From positions 940 to 64,939 of the forward strand of contig JACRFA010000097.1 of assembly GCA_016218065.1 (NCBI GenBank): DNA of 64,000 nucleotides, read 5' to 3'. This stretch comes from Ignavibacteriota bacterium. GTDB taxonomy: Bacteria > Bacteroidota > Ignavibacteria > UBA10030 > UBA6906. The position numbers and the translations under genes were made by a program. This document shows, piece after piece, positions 47,993 to 57,489 of the stretch. Under the pieces are notes generated by a model. It had not been told where the DNA came from. It searched no databases and worked only from the letters and a program-made list of their open reading frames with translations. Numbering within the stretch: position 1 is the first letter of the stretch; each line of letters begins with the position of its first letter.

Positions 47993-48021
47993 TTGTGTCA
48001 TCGTCGGGAGATGCTTATATT
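47993..48021 (+). promoter_or_regulatory. Candidate sigma70-type promoter for tRNA-Arg (TTGTGT-17-TATATT)
   Basis: -35-like TTGTGT 47993-47998, 17-nt spacer, TATATT 48016-48021, about 16 nt upstream of the mature tRNA 5' end. Confidence 0.35.
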
Positions 48022-48036
48022 GATCGAGCATTCATT

Positions 48037-48110
<74 letters not shown>

Positions 48111-48224
48111 CAAGAATAATAGCCTCGTCCTCGGTGCTGTAGGGACACGTGATGAGGCAGTGAGACGAGAACGCGCACTGAAGAGTGGGTCAGGGAGGGA
48201 GTTCCTGAAGGAATATATCGCGCA

Positions 48225-48318
48225 GAACTCGTAGCTCAATTGGATACCTGCCTGCCGGCAGGCAGGGAGCGTTGGCCTCCGGAGCCAAAGGTTTCGGGTT
48301 CGACTCCCGACGAGTGTA
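48225..48318 (+). pseudogene. Second tRNA-Arg(CCG) copy interrupted by a 20-nt palindromic insertion in the D-loop; also carries an acceptor-stem mismatch (probable pseudo-tRNA)
   Basis: From the D-stem onward it is identical to 48037..48110 except that 'CCTGCCTGCCGGCAGGCAGG' is inserted between AATTGGATA and GAGC. The 5' acceptor reads GAACTCG, giving an A2:G71 mismatch. Confidence 0.6.
48247..48266. repeat. 20-bp perfect palindrome CCTGCCTGCC|GGCAGGCAGG inserted in the tRNA D-loop
   Basis: Exact reverse-complement symmetry read directly from the sequence. Absent from the upstream tRNA copy. Confidence 0.8.
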
Positions 48319-48369
48319 CAAGCAATTACCAACATCAAGTATTCCCAATTTGGAGGCAATCTTACCAGC

Positions 48370-49059
48370 ATGCTGAAAGCACAAAAACGTATTTCAAAGC
48401 GCGAGATGAAGCAGGACGCTTTGGTATCATCCATCGCGAAGGCTACACAGTTCTTCGATCTGTACAAGAAGAACATCGGGTTGATTGTGGGCGCCGTTGT
48501 GGTTCTGATTATTGCCACCGCCGCATTCATCAGCAATCGCAGAACGCAAAACGAAGAAGCGTCGGCAAAACTTGGCAGCGTCTATTCCTACTACGACAAT
48601 AATCAGTTTCAAATTGCCATCGACGGCATTCCGGAGAGAAAAATCACCGGCCTGAAGTCGATCGTTGACCAGTACGGCTCGACCGATGCCGGAAACTTTG
48701 CGCAGTTCTATCTCGCGAACGCGTACTACCATCTCGGCAAGTACGATGAAGCGCTGAACAACTTCGAAGACTTCAGCGCGAGCGAACCGTATCTCGTGAT
48801 TTCGCGACTGACCGGCATTGCGTCGTGCTACGAGATCAAGGGAGAGTACGAGAAGGCCGCAGAGCAGTACGAGAAAGCGGCGTTGAGCTATCCCAAGGAT
48901 ATCGATGCGGCTGCGAACCTGAACGACGCCGCCAACAACTTCATGCTTGCAGGCAACAATGAACGCGCACTGGAGCTGTTCAAGAAGCTGAAGAAGGAGT
49001 ACCCGACAACGCAGTACGCGCGCGACGCCGATCGCTACATCACCAGACTCGAAGCATAA
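48370..49059 (+). CDS. Membrane-anchored tetratricopeptide-repeat protein (YfgM/YbgF-like)
   Basis: Single N-terminal TM 'IGLIVGAVVVLIIATAAFI' followed by TPR-like helical repeats ('FYLANAYYHLGKYDEALNNFEDF', 'GIASCYEIKGEYEKAAEQYEKAA', 'AGNNERALELFKKLKKEYP'). Confidence 0.6.
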   Translation: MLKAQKRISKREMKQDALVSSIAKATQFFDLYKKNIGLIVGAVVVLIIATAAFISNRRTQNEEASAKLGSVYSYYDNNQFQIAIDGIPERKITGLKSIVDQYGSTDAGNFAQFYLANAYYHLGKYDEALNNFEDFSASEPYLVISRLTGIASCYEIKGEYEKAAEQYEKAALSYPKDIDAAANLNDAANNFMLAGNNERALELFKKLKKEYPTTQYARDADRYITRLEA

Positions 49060-49077
49060 CAGGATTTTTGCTTTGCC

Positions 49078-49128
49078 GGCGACAATGGAACTGCTCGTTG
49101 ACGCGTGAGTCAGCGAGCCATTGTCGCC
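49078..49128 (+). terminator. Long imperfect hairpin downstream of the TPR gene (possible terminator)
   Basis: 'GGCGACAATGG-(29 nt with an internal GCTCG/CGAGC stem)-CCATTGTCGCC' followed by 'GTTCTGTTCC'. Confidence 0.4.
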
Positions 49129-49251
49129 GTTCTGTTCCCTCGTCTGCCAAAGGATGTCGTTGAATCCCGTGCAACTTTTGATCAGATTTGACGAAGAATA
49201 CGTGAGAACACGAGTGCGCGTTCAACATACGTACAGATTCACCATCCATCC

Positions 49252-51393
49252 ATGAGGTTCCGCCGACTACTATATCTCAGCGGCTCGGCTCTTTCGTTTC
49301 TTGTCGTCTTCATCTTTGACGTGATTCGGAAGAATGTTGAGCTTGACATCGGCGGACTCACGCTCCTCCGCGATCTCCTCGCCATTGGTTCATTCGTTCT
49401 CATCTACCTCTATCTCGATTCCCGGAAAGTGTACGCGAGCTTGACGCCCTCGAAGCGCCTCGGCCTCGTGATGATCTATGCCGTGATCACGCTGCTGCTT
49501 TCGCTCGCTGTGTACATCGTCGCGGATGATAACTTTGAGACAAAGGGCTTCGCGCTCCGCCCGATTACGTACGGACAGTTGTTCCTTGCCGGATTTCTCG
49601 GAATCATTTACGGCGTATTCGCGATACTGGTGTTCCGGCTCGTGCACGGACTTATCTTCTTCAAACGGAAGCGTGAGACCGAACGCAACTTTTTGATCTT
49701 TGTCGGATTGGTGCTCGCTGCAGCGGTCTCGACGCTCACGTTGGAGCCACTCGAGACGAGCACGCTCACGGCGATTCTTGTCGGCTTCTCTGTGCTGTTT
49801 GCGGTCATCAACTCGTTCAGGCTTCCCTGGATCGTGTATCTGACGAAACGGGAAAAAATCTTCGGCCTGATCTATGGGTTCATCTTGTTCATCGCGTTCA
49901 TCGGACTGAACACGATGCTGAATGTCGAAAGCGGCGTGATCAAACGATCGCTGCTCTACTATTCGTACCCGCTGCATCGCTTCGTCATGCTCACGACGAT
50001 CTTCGGCAACATCTATTTCGGCATGGCGTTCATCAGCACACTCTTCCACCTGCCGACCGCGGAAGCATTTGACAGGAAGACGAGTGAAGTCACGTCGCTT
50101 CACAATCTCAGCCGCTTGGTTACGCAGGTCTTCGATTTTCAAGAGTTGGTCGAGACGGTCACCTCGCTGACGCTGCAGGTGTGCGAAGCGAAAAGCTGCT
50201 GGCTCGAGTTGATTCATGAAGGAGATGAGGAAGAGCATGCGAAGCTGATCGGCGAAGGGACTCTTGTGCAGAACGCCGGGCTTCGGAGCTACGTTGTGCA
50301 GCTTGTTGCACGAAAGAACATCGCGCCCGATGAAATCGCCGAACTGCTTTCGGCGGGCGAGAAAACATTGCGCGACGAAGTTATCGAGAACCGGAAGCCG
50401 GTGGTGATTGACGATGTCGCACGCGAGAGCCGTTTCAAGAAGAAGCCGAAGATCAAGTCGCATGTCGGCTCGATCGTCGTGGTGCCGCTTGTGTCGCACG
50501 CCGGCCTGATCGGCGTTCTCTACGCAACGAAAGAAATGCCGTACGGTTTTTTCAAAGACGACATTGACGTCCTTTCGGCGTTCGCTGATCAAGCGACGAT
50601 CGCAATTGAGAACTCCCGCCTCATCAAGAAATCGATTGAGCGCGAGCGGTTGTTGCGTGAGATGACTCTGGCGCAAGAGATTCAACGCAAGCTTCTGCCT
50701 CAGTCGTTGCCTCGCTATTCCACGTTCGACATCGATGCGGTGTCAACACCCGCCTTCGAAGTCGGCGGCGATTACTATGATGTTGCAGAACTTGGTGGTT
50801 CGCTAGTCGGCATTGTCGTCGGGGATGTTTCGGGTAAGGGCGTGTCGGCGGCCTTTTACATGTCAGAAGTAAAAGGCATCTTTCAGTCGCTGAGCAGGCT
50901 CTACACGTCGCCGCGGGAATTCATGATCAAGGCGAACGAGGCGCTCTCGCGCTCTATTGACAAACATTCTTTTGTTAGCTTAATTTATGCAGTAGTCGAT
51001 GCAGAGAGCGGTGAACTAACGCTTGCACGCGCGGGACATTGTCCGCTTCTGCATCTTTCGGGAGATGCAGTAACCTACCTTCGTCCCGGTGGCATGGGAC
51101 TTGGACTTACCGACGGGGCGGCGTTTCAGTCAAGCATCGAAGAGAGGGTCATCCGGCTTCAACCGGGCGACGTGTGTGTGTTCTACACTGATGGCGTGAC
51201 GGAAGCCCGGCGAGGGGACGACGAGTTTGGTTACGACCGACTGCTGCAAACCGTGGTCGCCGCCAAACAACGATCTGCATCCGAGTTGAAGGACGAGATC
51301 CTGCGCACGGTGAAGTTGCATGCCGAGAAAGAAGAGAACGACGACGATCTGACTGTCGTCGTGGTCAAGTGGCTGGGGGAATCACGGGCTTGA
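49252..51393 (+). CDS. Integral-membrane GAF-domain PP2C-type serine phosphatase (SpoIIE/RsbU family)
   Basis: About 10 predicted TM helices in the first ~270 aa. A GAF-like region. PP2C/SpoIIE motifs 'GDYYDV...GIVVGDVSGKGVSAAFYMSEV', 'DGELTLARAGH', 'GDVCVFYTDGVTEAR'. Confidence 0.8.
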   Translation: MRFRRLLYLSGSALSFLVVFIFDVIRKNVELDIGGLTLLRDLLAIGSFVLIYLYLDSRKVYASLTPSKRLGLVMIYAVITLLLSLAVYIVADDNFETKGFALRPITYGQLFLAGFLGIIYGVFAILVFRLVHGLIFFKRKRETERNFLIFVGLVLAAAVSTLTLEPLETSTLTAILVGFSVLFAVINSFRLPWIVYLTKREKIFGLIYGFILFIAFIGLNTMLNVESGVIKRSLLYYSYPLHRFVMLTTIFGNIYFGMAFISTLFHLPTAEAFDRKTSEVTSLHNLSRLVTQVFDFQELVETVTSLTLQVCEAKSCWLELIHEGDEEEHAKLIGEGTLVQNAGLRSYVVQLVARKNIAPDEIAELLSAGEKTLRDEVIENRKPVVIDDVARESRFKKKPKIKSHVGSIVVVPLVSHAGLIGVLYATKEMPYGFFKDDIDVLSAFADQATIAIENSRLIKKSIERERLLREMTLAQEIQRKLLPQSLPRYSTFDIDAVSTPAFEVGGDYYDVAELGGSLVGIVVGDVSGKGVSAAFYMSEVKGIFQSLSRLYTSPREFMIKANEALSRSIDKHSFVSLIYAVVDAESGELTLARAGHCPLLHLSGDAVTYLRPGGMGLGLTDGAAFQSSIEERVIRLQPGDVCVFYTDGVTEARRGDDEFGYDRLLQTVVAAKQRSASELKDEILRTVKLHAEKEENDDDLTVVVVKWLGESRA

Positions 51394-51415
51394 AATTTAT
51401 TTTTGGAGGTTTTCA

Positions 51416-51769
51416 ATGAGTGATTTCAAGATTGCTCAACGCGAAACAAACAACGTCAATGTGCTTGAACTGAAAGGGTACCTTGACGCGCATACGGCGC
51501 CCAAGCTGGAAGAAGCGTTTCAGCAATTGCTGAAGTCAGACCGCACTCGCATTGTGGTCAATTGCCGCGATCTCTCGTACATCAGCAGCGCGGGGCTTGG
51601 CGTGTTCATGGCGTTCATCGAAGATGTGCGCGAAAAGTCGGGCGACATCAAGCTGACGAACATGTCCACCAAGGTGTACAACGTGTTTGACTTGCTCGGC
51701 TTTCCCTTGTTGTACGAAATTTTCAAGGACGAATCGGAAGCCGTGAAGAAATTCAACGACAAGAAGTGA
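51416..51769 (+). CDS. STAS-domain anti-sigma-factor antagonist (SpoIIAA/RsbV-like)
   Basis: 'LELKGYLDAHTAPKLEEAF...IVVNCRDLSYISSAGLGVFM' with the conserved phosphorylatable Ser in 'YISSAGLG'. Confidence 0.85.
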   Translation: MSDFKIAQRETNNVNVLELKGYLDAHTAPKLEEAFQQLLKSDRTRIVVNCRDLSYISSAGLGVFMAFIEDVREKSGDIKLTNMSTKVYNVFDLLGFPLLYEIFKDESEAVKKFNDKK

Positions 51770-51790
51770 GAGCAGCGATTTCCATCTCGC

Positions 51791-52207
51791 GTGAAAAAGC
51801 AGCTCAAAATAGATAGCAAAACCGACCAGCTCGTTGCCGTGCGGGAATTCATCTCGCAGGCAGCGTTCGCGTCCGGCTTCAGCGATGAAGATGTGAGCAA
51901 GATCGCGCTTGCCGTCGATGAGGCATGCACGAACGTCATCAAACACGCGTATCGCTTTCAGCAGGACAAGAAAATCACGATCACCGTCAGGGACGATCAC
52001 GGCAACTTCGAAATCTCCATCGTCGATAACGGCAAGCAATTCGATCCGTCCATGCTGCAAGCTCCCGATATGAAAGAGTATCTCAGCACGTATCGCCGGG
52101 GAGGACTCGGCGTGTACCTGATGAAGTCGCTGATGGACAAAGTGGAATACGACATCGAACCCGGCAAACGCAATCAGGTCAAACTGATCAAACACATCCC
52201 TCGTTAG
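51791..52207 (+). CDS. Anti-sigma regulatory factor / serine kinase (RsbW/SpoIIAB-like GHKL ATPase), GTG start
   Basis: 'ALAVDEACTNVIKHAY' N-box and 'RRGGLGVYLMKSLMDKVEYD' G-box of the HATPase_c fold. 138 aa. Confidence 0.8.
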   Translation: MKKQLKIDSKTDQLVAVREFISQAAFASGFSDEDVSKIALAVDEACTNVIKHAYRFQQDKKITITVRDDHGNFEISIVDNGKQFDPSMLQAPDMKEYLSTYRRGGLGVYLMKSLMDKVEYDIEPGKRNQVKLIKHIPR

Positions 52208-52240
52208 CATCCTTCTGTGGTACAGAGGAGTTCTTCGAAC

Positions 52241-53989
52241 ATGGCACCCGCTCGCACACAATCAGCTCGCCCGGCGCCCGATTCGTACGAAAGTCATTTC
52301 GAACATACCGCGCTGTTCGAGTTCAGCACAGTCATCAACTCATCGCTCGATCCGCAGTTCATCTTCAGCCATATCCTTCTCACCATCATGGGAAAAATGT
52401 TGGCCACGAAAGGCCTGGCGGCGATCGAGAAAGCTAGCCACGAATTTTCCGTTGAGATGGTGAAAGGCTTTCCCCGTGAGTTCGTCGGTCAGATGGTGCA
52501 TGTCAGGAAGCTGCCGCGTTCGATGATGGATGTGCGGAAGATGAACTCGACGCGCTATCCGTGCGCCAAGTTCTTCAAGAAGATCGGCGTGAGAATGGTG
52601 CTGCCGATGTTCATTGCCGACAAACCCATCGGCTTCCTTGCGTTTGGCGAACGCTTCTCGAAAAAGAAATTGCAAACTCGCGAAATCACCTACCTCCGGT
52701 CGCTGGCAAACATCTCGGCGACAGCCATCGAAAAAAGCAGAACGGTGGAGCAAGTTCAACACATCAACCGCAAGCTCGACCGGAAGATTCAGGAGCTGAA
52801 CACGCTGTTCGATCTCAGCAAAGAGTACGGCTCGTTGCTTGATGCAGAAAAACTCATACGGCTCCTGGTGTTCTCGTTGCTCGGGCAAATTGGCGTGAAC
52901 CGCTACATCATTTGCCTGAGACAGGGAAGCGATGTGCGAATCGCTGCATCGAAAATCGATGGAGCGCTGCCGCAAGCCGAACTGCTGAAGACATTGTTCA
53001 AACTCAAAACCACGTCGCTCGTTGAAAATCTCTCGATGCCTGTTGTGCAGAATGCCCGCGATGTGTTGGTTGATCTGAAGATGGCGCTTGTCGTGCCGAT
53101 GAGCCTTCAAGGAGAAAACAAAGGCCTGATGATTCTCGGCGAGAAGCTTTCGAACCAGCCGTTTGTAGAGACGGAATTTGAGTTTCTGAGTTCGCTCGCG
53201 AATCTTGCCATCATCTCGCTCGAGAATGCGCGGCTCTTCAAAGAAGCAATCGAGAAGCAGCGTATGGAAGATGAGCTGATGATTGCGCGCGAGATTCAGA
53301 AGGGCTTGTTGCCCAACGTACTGCCCACGCTCAAGGGAATTGACATCGCCGCGACGAACATCTCGTCCAAACAAGTCGGCGGCGATTATTACGACGTCAT
53401 TCCTGCCGGCGCGCACCGATACGTTCTTGCCATCGGCGATGTGTCGGGCAAAGGAACGCCCGCGGCGCTACTCATGGCGAGCATTCAAGCAAGCATTCGC
53501 GCACTCGTGCCGCTGAATCTTTCTCTCAGCGAGCTGACGGGCCGCGTGAACGACCTGATGTGCGAGAACACGGGCGGCAGCAAGTTCGTGACGTTCTTTT
53601 GGGGATTTGTTGATACCGAGGCGATGACCCTGAATTATGTGAACGCGGGCCACAACTATCCGTACCTCATTCACGCGGACGGTTCGATACGACGGCTGGA
53701 CAAGGGCGGAATGATTCTCGGCATTATGAAAACTTCAACCCCGTACGAAGAAGAGACCGTGCAGTTGCGCGCCGGCGACTTGCTCTTCCTGTTCACCGAT
53801 GGCGTTAGCGAAGCGATGAGCCGCGAGTCGGTGGAGTACGGCGAAGAACGGATCGAGGCTCTCTTGAAGAGCGACGGCGGTTCTTCCGCGCAGGACATCG
53901 TCGATCTGTTCCACAAAGATATTCTGCGCCATGCAGGAGGCGCGCAGCAATCGGATGACATCACGATGATGGTAATCAAGCGTGAGTGA
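52241..53989 (+). CDS. Cytoplasmic GAF-domain PP2C-type serine phosphatase (SpoIIE/RsbU family)
   Basis: Two GAF-like segments, then 'GDYYDV...LAIGDVSGKGTPAALLMASI', 'NAGHNYPYLIHADGS', 'GDLLFLFTDGVSEAMS'. ATG at 52241 with a GAGGAG RBS is preferred over the GTG at 52217. Confidence 0.8.
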   Translation: MAPARTQSARPAPDSYESHFEHTALFEFSTVINSSLDPQFIFSHILLTIMGKMLATKGLAAIEKASHEFSVEMVKGFPREFVGQMVHVRKLPRSMMDVRKMNSTRYPCAKFFKKIGVRMVLPMFIADKPIGFLAFGERFSKKKLQTREITYLRSLANISATAIEKSRTVEQVQHINRKLDRKIQELNTLFDLSKEYGSLLDAEKLIRLLVFSLLGQIGVNRYIICLRQGSDVRIAASKIDGALPQAELLKTLFKLKTTSLVENLSMPVVQNARDVLVDLKMALVVPMSLQGENKGLMILGEKLSNQPFVETEFEFLSSLANLAIISLENARLFKEAIEKQRMEDELMIAREIQKGLLPNVLPTLKGIDIAATNISSKQVGGDYYDVIPAGAHRYVLAIGDVSGKGTPAALLMASIQASIRALVPLNLSLSELTGRVNDLMCENTGGSKFVTFFWGFVDTEAMTLNYVNAGHNYPYLIHADGSIRRLDKGGMILGIMKTSTPYEEETVQLRAGDLLFLFTDGVSEAMSRESVEYGEERIEALLKSDGGSSAQDIVDLFHKDILRHAGGAQQSDDITMMVIKRE

Positions 53990-54050
53990 AAAACTCCGTT
54001 CCAATTCTCAAGCACCCTTCAGATTAAACTCTCTCAAACAAGGAAACCAA

Positions 54051-55277
54051 ATGATGCGAACCCGTCTTACTTCTCGTCTCATCGTGCTGGCTTTGATACT
54101 GACTGGCACGATGAACGCTCAATGGACCGAACTTCGTGTCGGTTCAGCTTCGCTGTACGTTTCGGCTGTTACATCCAACGCAAACTATGTGTATGTCGCT
54201 TCGCTTGCGCTTGGCGGAGGGGCATACAGATCTTCCGACGATGGAGGGAACTGGTCTCAATGCAACGCCGGCTTCTACTCTCCCTTTGTCTCATGCCTTG
54301 CGGCGAGAAACGACACGCTGTTCGCCGGGCATGCCGGATCATCGTCCCGGTTCTATGTTTCAACTGATAACGGAGGTTCCTGGCTCATGAGGGGACTCAG
54401 CGGATGGAATCACAACTCCATCTACTTGGACTCGAATGATATCTTCGTTTCGACAAGCTACGGTCTGTACAAGACGACCAACGCTGGAAGCAACTGGACG
54501 CTCTTGCTTCAGGCAACCAACGTGACATCTTTTGCGCGCAACAACGACTGCATGATTGTCGGACGACAGGTGCGGGGCATGCGATGTTCATCCAACGGCG
54601 GCGCACAGTGGGACTCCGTGTCTGCGTTTGGCGCGAACACAATCACCTCGTTGATCACATACCAGAACACATTCTGCGCTGCGGTTTCCGGCGTGGGCTT
54701 TGCCGTCTCAACCGATAATGGCGCGAGCTGGACACTCAAGAACAGCGGACTTACGAACCTGAACATCAACGTTCTCTACAAGATCGGAAGCACGATCTTC
54801 GCGTGCACGCAGGGAGGAGGAATTTTTAAGACGCTGAATCTGGGATCGTCGTGGACGCCGCATAACGAGGGTATCTCCAATCTCAATATCTACTCAATCG
54901 GCGTGAAGACTCCTTACCTCTACCTCGGCTCCGACAGCGGCAAAGTGTACAAGCGACTCGTCAGTGAGTTGGTTTCGGTGGAGGATAAGCTGCCGACTGT
55001 TCCCGAAAGAATTACTCTTGAGCAGAATTATCCGAATCCCTTCAATCCAACAACGACGATCAGATACCAAATACCGGAGGTCAGCGGTCAGAGCCGAGTT
55101 ACGCTGAATGTTTACGACCTTCTTGGTCGCGCAGTCGGCACGCTTGTGAACGAAGACAAAGCGCCGGGCGAGCATTCAGCCGGTTTCGATGCAACACATT
55201 TGCCAAGCGGCGTGTACTTCTACCGTTTGACTGTAGGTTCGTTTCATGAGGTGAAGAAGATGGTACTTTGCAGATAA
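54051..55277 (+). CDS. BNR/Asp-box repeat beta-propeller protein with T9SS C-terminal sorting domain
   Basis: Signal 'MMRTRLTSRLIVLALILTGTMNAQ'. Asp-boxes 'SSDDGGNWSQ, STDNGGSWL, TTNAGSNWT, SSNGGAQWD, STDNGASWT, LNLGSSWT'. C-terminal 'LEQNYPNPFNPTTTIRYQIPEVS...VYDLLGRAVGTLVNEDKAPGEHSAGFDATHLPSGVYFYRL...KKMVLCR'. Confidence 0.7.
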   Translation: MMRTRLTSRLIVLALILTGTMNAQWTELRVGSASLYVSAVTSNANYVYVASLALGGGAYRSSDDGGNWSQCNAGFYSPFVSCLAARNDTLFAGHAGSSSRFYVSTDNGGSWLMRGLSGWNHNSIYLDSNDIFVSTSYGLYKTTNAGSNWTLLLQATNVTSFARNNDCMIVGRQVRGMRCSSNGGAQWDSVSAFGANTITSLITYQNTFCAAVSGVGFAVSTDNGASWTLKNSGLTNLNINVLYKIGSTIFACTQGGGIFKTLNLGSSWTPHNEGISNLNIYSIGVKTPYLYLGSDSGKVYKRLVSELVSVEDKLPTVPERITLEQNYPNPFNPTTTIRYQIPEVSGQSRVTLNVYDLLGRAVGTLVNEDKAPGEHSAGFDATHLPSGVYFYRLTVGSFHEVKKMVLCR

Positions 55278-55309
55278 TTCACGCATAGTCAGAACCAAAG
55301 AGGTATCGC

Positions 55310-56005
55310 ATGCATTCAGGCATCAGGTCGCTACTCGTCCTACTGTCTTGTTCCTTGTCGACGCTGATTGGGTTCAGCCAAGATCAATGGCGCGACACGT
55401 TCCCCGAAGACAGCGCGTTTGTTTCCGCGGGACGGAATTCGTACTTCGTTCTCGAACCGGGATTCCGACTCGTACTGAAGGGAAAAGAAAAAGGCGCATC
55501 GGCGAAGTTGGTGATTACCGTGCTCGAAGAGACGAAGGTTGTCGATGGCGTTGAGACTCGAGTCGTGGAAGAACGAGAGAGTGTTGATGGCGCACTCGTC
55601 GAAGTGTCGCGTAATTTTTTTGCGGTTGGCAAGCAAACGAAGAACATCTACTACTTTGGTGAAGAGGTGGACATGTATCGAGAGGGGAAAGTCGTCAGTC
55701 ATGAGGGTGCATGGCAATCCGGCGTGCGCGGCGCACGCTACGGACTTATGATGCCTGCTGATCCGCTGAGAGGCTCGCGATTTTATCAGGAAGTCGCGCC
55801 CGACGTTGCTCTGGATCGCGCTGAAGTGATCAGCACGACAGAAGCTGTAAAAACGGCGGCCGGGCGGTTTAAGAATTGTCTGAAGGTCGAAGAGACTACG
55901 CCGCTTGAGCCTGACACAAAGGAGGCCAAGCTCTACGCAAAGAATATCGGATTGATTCGCGACGGGAGTCTCTCGCTTGTCGAATACGGCTTCGAGCATA
56001 AATAG
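55310..56005 (+). CDS. Hypothetical exported protein (231 aa)
   Basis: Signal peptide 'LLVLLSCSLSTLIGFSQ'. No recognisable motifs. Confidence 0.45.
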   Translation: MHSGIRSLLVLLSCSLSTLIGFSQDQWRDTFPEDSAFVSAGRNSYFVLEPGFRLVLKGKEKGASAKLVITVLEETKVVDGVETRVVEERESVDGALVEVSRNFFAVGKQTKNIYYFGEEVDMYREGKVVSHEGAWQSGVRGARYGLMMPADPLRGSRFYQEVAPDVALDRAEVISTTEAVKTAAGRFKNCLKVEETTPLEPDTKEAKLYAKNIGLIRDGSLSLVEYGFEHK

Positions 56006-56020
56006 GAGTCGAACGATAGC

Positions 56021-56785
56021 ATGCAACGTTCACCAACAATCATTAACGTCACGCTGCAGAATGTTGACAAGACCGGCTTCTTCTGTTACATGAGCAAGAG
56101 GAAATCGGAAGGATACGCGCGGAAGCTCAATTGGCTGAAGCAGCGTTTCGATGAGGGTCTGCGCATCAAGATGCTTGCGTTGCCTGAGCGCGGGTTCATC
56201 GAGTACATTCCGGGCGAGTACGCGTGGCGCGCGGTGAATGCCCGCGGCTACATGTTCATCCATTGTCTCTGGGTTGTCGGGAAGAGTAAAGGAAAAGGAT
56301 TCTCCAAGCTGCTTCTCGACACATGCATCGCCGATGCAAAGGCGGCGGGAATGAACGGCGTAGCCATGGCGACGAGCGAGGGCAACTGGCTAGCAGGCAA
56401 AGACCTTCTTCTGAAGAATGGGTTTGAAAAGGTGGACGGCACGGCCGCGTATGAGTTGCTGATCAAGAAGTTTCGCGATGCGCCTAAGCCGTCATTCGTG
56501 AAAGATGTTGACACGCGGGCGAAAAAATTCAAATCCGGCTTCACGGTATTCAGATCGGATCAATGTCCGTATCTTGAAGATGCGACGAACACCGTCCGCG
56601 ATGTTGCGCTGGAGAGCGGAGAGAAGTTCAAAGTCATCGAGATGCAGAAGTCAGAAGACATCCGCTCGCTTGCCCCCTCCGTGTATGGTGTCTTCAGTAT
56701 TGTCTATCGCGGGAAGCTGCTTGCGCCGCACTACTTGCTGAAAAAGGATTTGATAGAGAGAATGGAAGCCGTTCGCGGCGCGTGA
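56021..56785 (+). CDS. GNAT family N-acetyltransferase with YoaP-like C-terminal domain
   Basis: 'GYMFIHCLWVVGKSKGKGFSKLLLDTCIADAKAAGMNGVAMATSE' is the acetyl-CoA binding A motif (Q/RxxGxG/A-like). About 100 aa of C-terminal extension. Confidence 0.65.
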   Translation: MQRSPTIINVTLQNVDKTGFFCYMSKRKSEGYARKLNWLKQRFDEGLRIKMLALPERGFIEYIPGEYAWRAVNARGYMFIHCLWVVGKSKGKGFSKLLLDTCIADAKAAGMNGVAMATSEGNWLAGKDLLLKNGFEKVDGTAAYELLIKKFRDAPKPSFVKDVDTRAKKFKSGFTVFRSDQCPYLEDATNTVRDVALESGEKFKVIEMQKSEDIRSLAPSVYGVFSIVYRGKLLAPHYLLKKDLIERMEAVRGA

Positions 56786-56900
56786 CTCAATAGTCAATCG
56801 TGTACGATTCTCGCCAGTAGGCGGCGGAATCCCACTCAACTCCCAAAAACATTTTGCTCACTCTATAAGCATCAGCATTCACTCACTAAGGAGGTTCACT

Positions 56901-57461
56901 ATGGTTTCTATCGTAGCGTTGTGGTTGCCGATCCTTCTCTCGGCAGTATTCGTGTTCATCGTCAGCTCCATCATTCATACGGTGCTCACGTATCACTTCA
57001 AAGATTTCAAGGCGGTTCCGGGGGAAGAGAAGCTGATGGCTGAGGTACGCGCACTTGACGTTCCTCCCGGCGAGTATCTTGCGCCGTGTCCGCGAACGCC
57101 GCAAGAACGAAAGACGCCTGAGTTTCAAGAGAAGATGAAGAAGGGTCCCATCCTGTTCATGACCGTGTTGGGAGGTGAGGCGGGGTCGATGACAAAGAAT
57201 CTGGTGCAGTGGTTTTTGTACGCGGTGATTGTGGGAATTTTTGCTGCGTACGTCGCGGGCCGCGCGTTAGGACCCGGCGCTCATTATCTCGCGGTCTTCC
57301 GATTTGTGGGGGTGACTGCGTTCGCGTGCTACACGGTTGCGCAATGGCAAGATGCCATCTGGTTCAATCGATCGATGGGCCGGACGCTTCGCAATACATT
57401 CGATGGCTTGATCTACGCGCTGCTGACTGCCGGCACATTCGGCTGGCTGTGGCCGCAATAG
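56901..57461 (+). CDS. Hypothetical integral membrane protein (about 4 TM, 186 aa)
   Basis: Strong AAGGAGG RBS at 56888-56894. Hydrophobic helices 'VALWLPILLSAVFVFIVSSIIHTVL', 'LVQWFLYAVIVGIFAAYVAG', 'VTAFACYTVAQW', 'GLIYALLTAGTFGWLW'. Confidence 0.5.
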   Translation: MVSIVALWLPILLSAVFVFIVSSIIHTVLTYHFKDFKAVPGEEKLMAEVRALDVPPGEYLAPCPRTPQERKTPEFQEKMKKGPILFMTVLGGEAGSMTKNLVQWFLYAVIVGIFAAYVAGRALGPGAHYLAVFRFVGVTAFACYTVAQWQDAIWFNRSMGRTLRNTFDGLIYALLTAGTFGWLWPQ

Positions 57462-57489
57462 ACGGACCTTTCAACTTTCAACACGCATC

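Noticed and set aside
49040-49249. 69-aa minus-strand ORF in the TPR to PP2C intergenic region
   Set aside because: It overlaps the terminator hairpin and promoter region and has no RBS. It is more likely non-coding.
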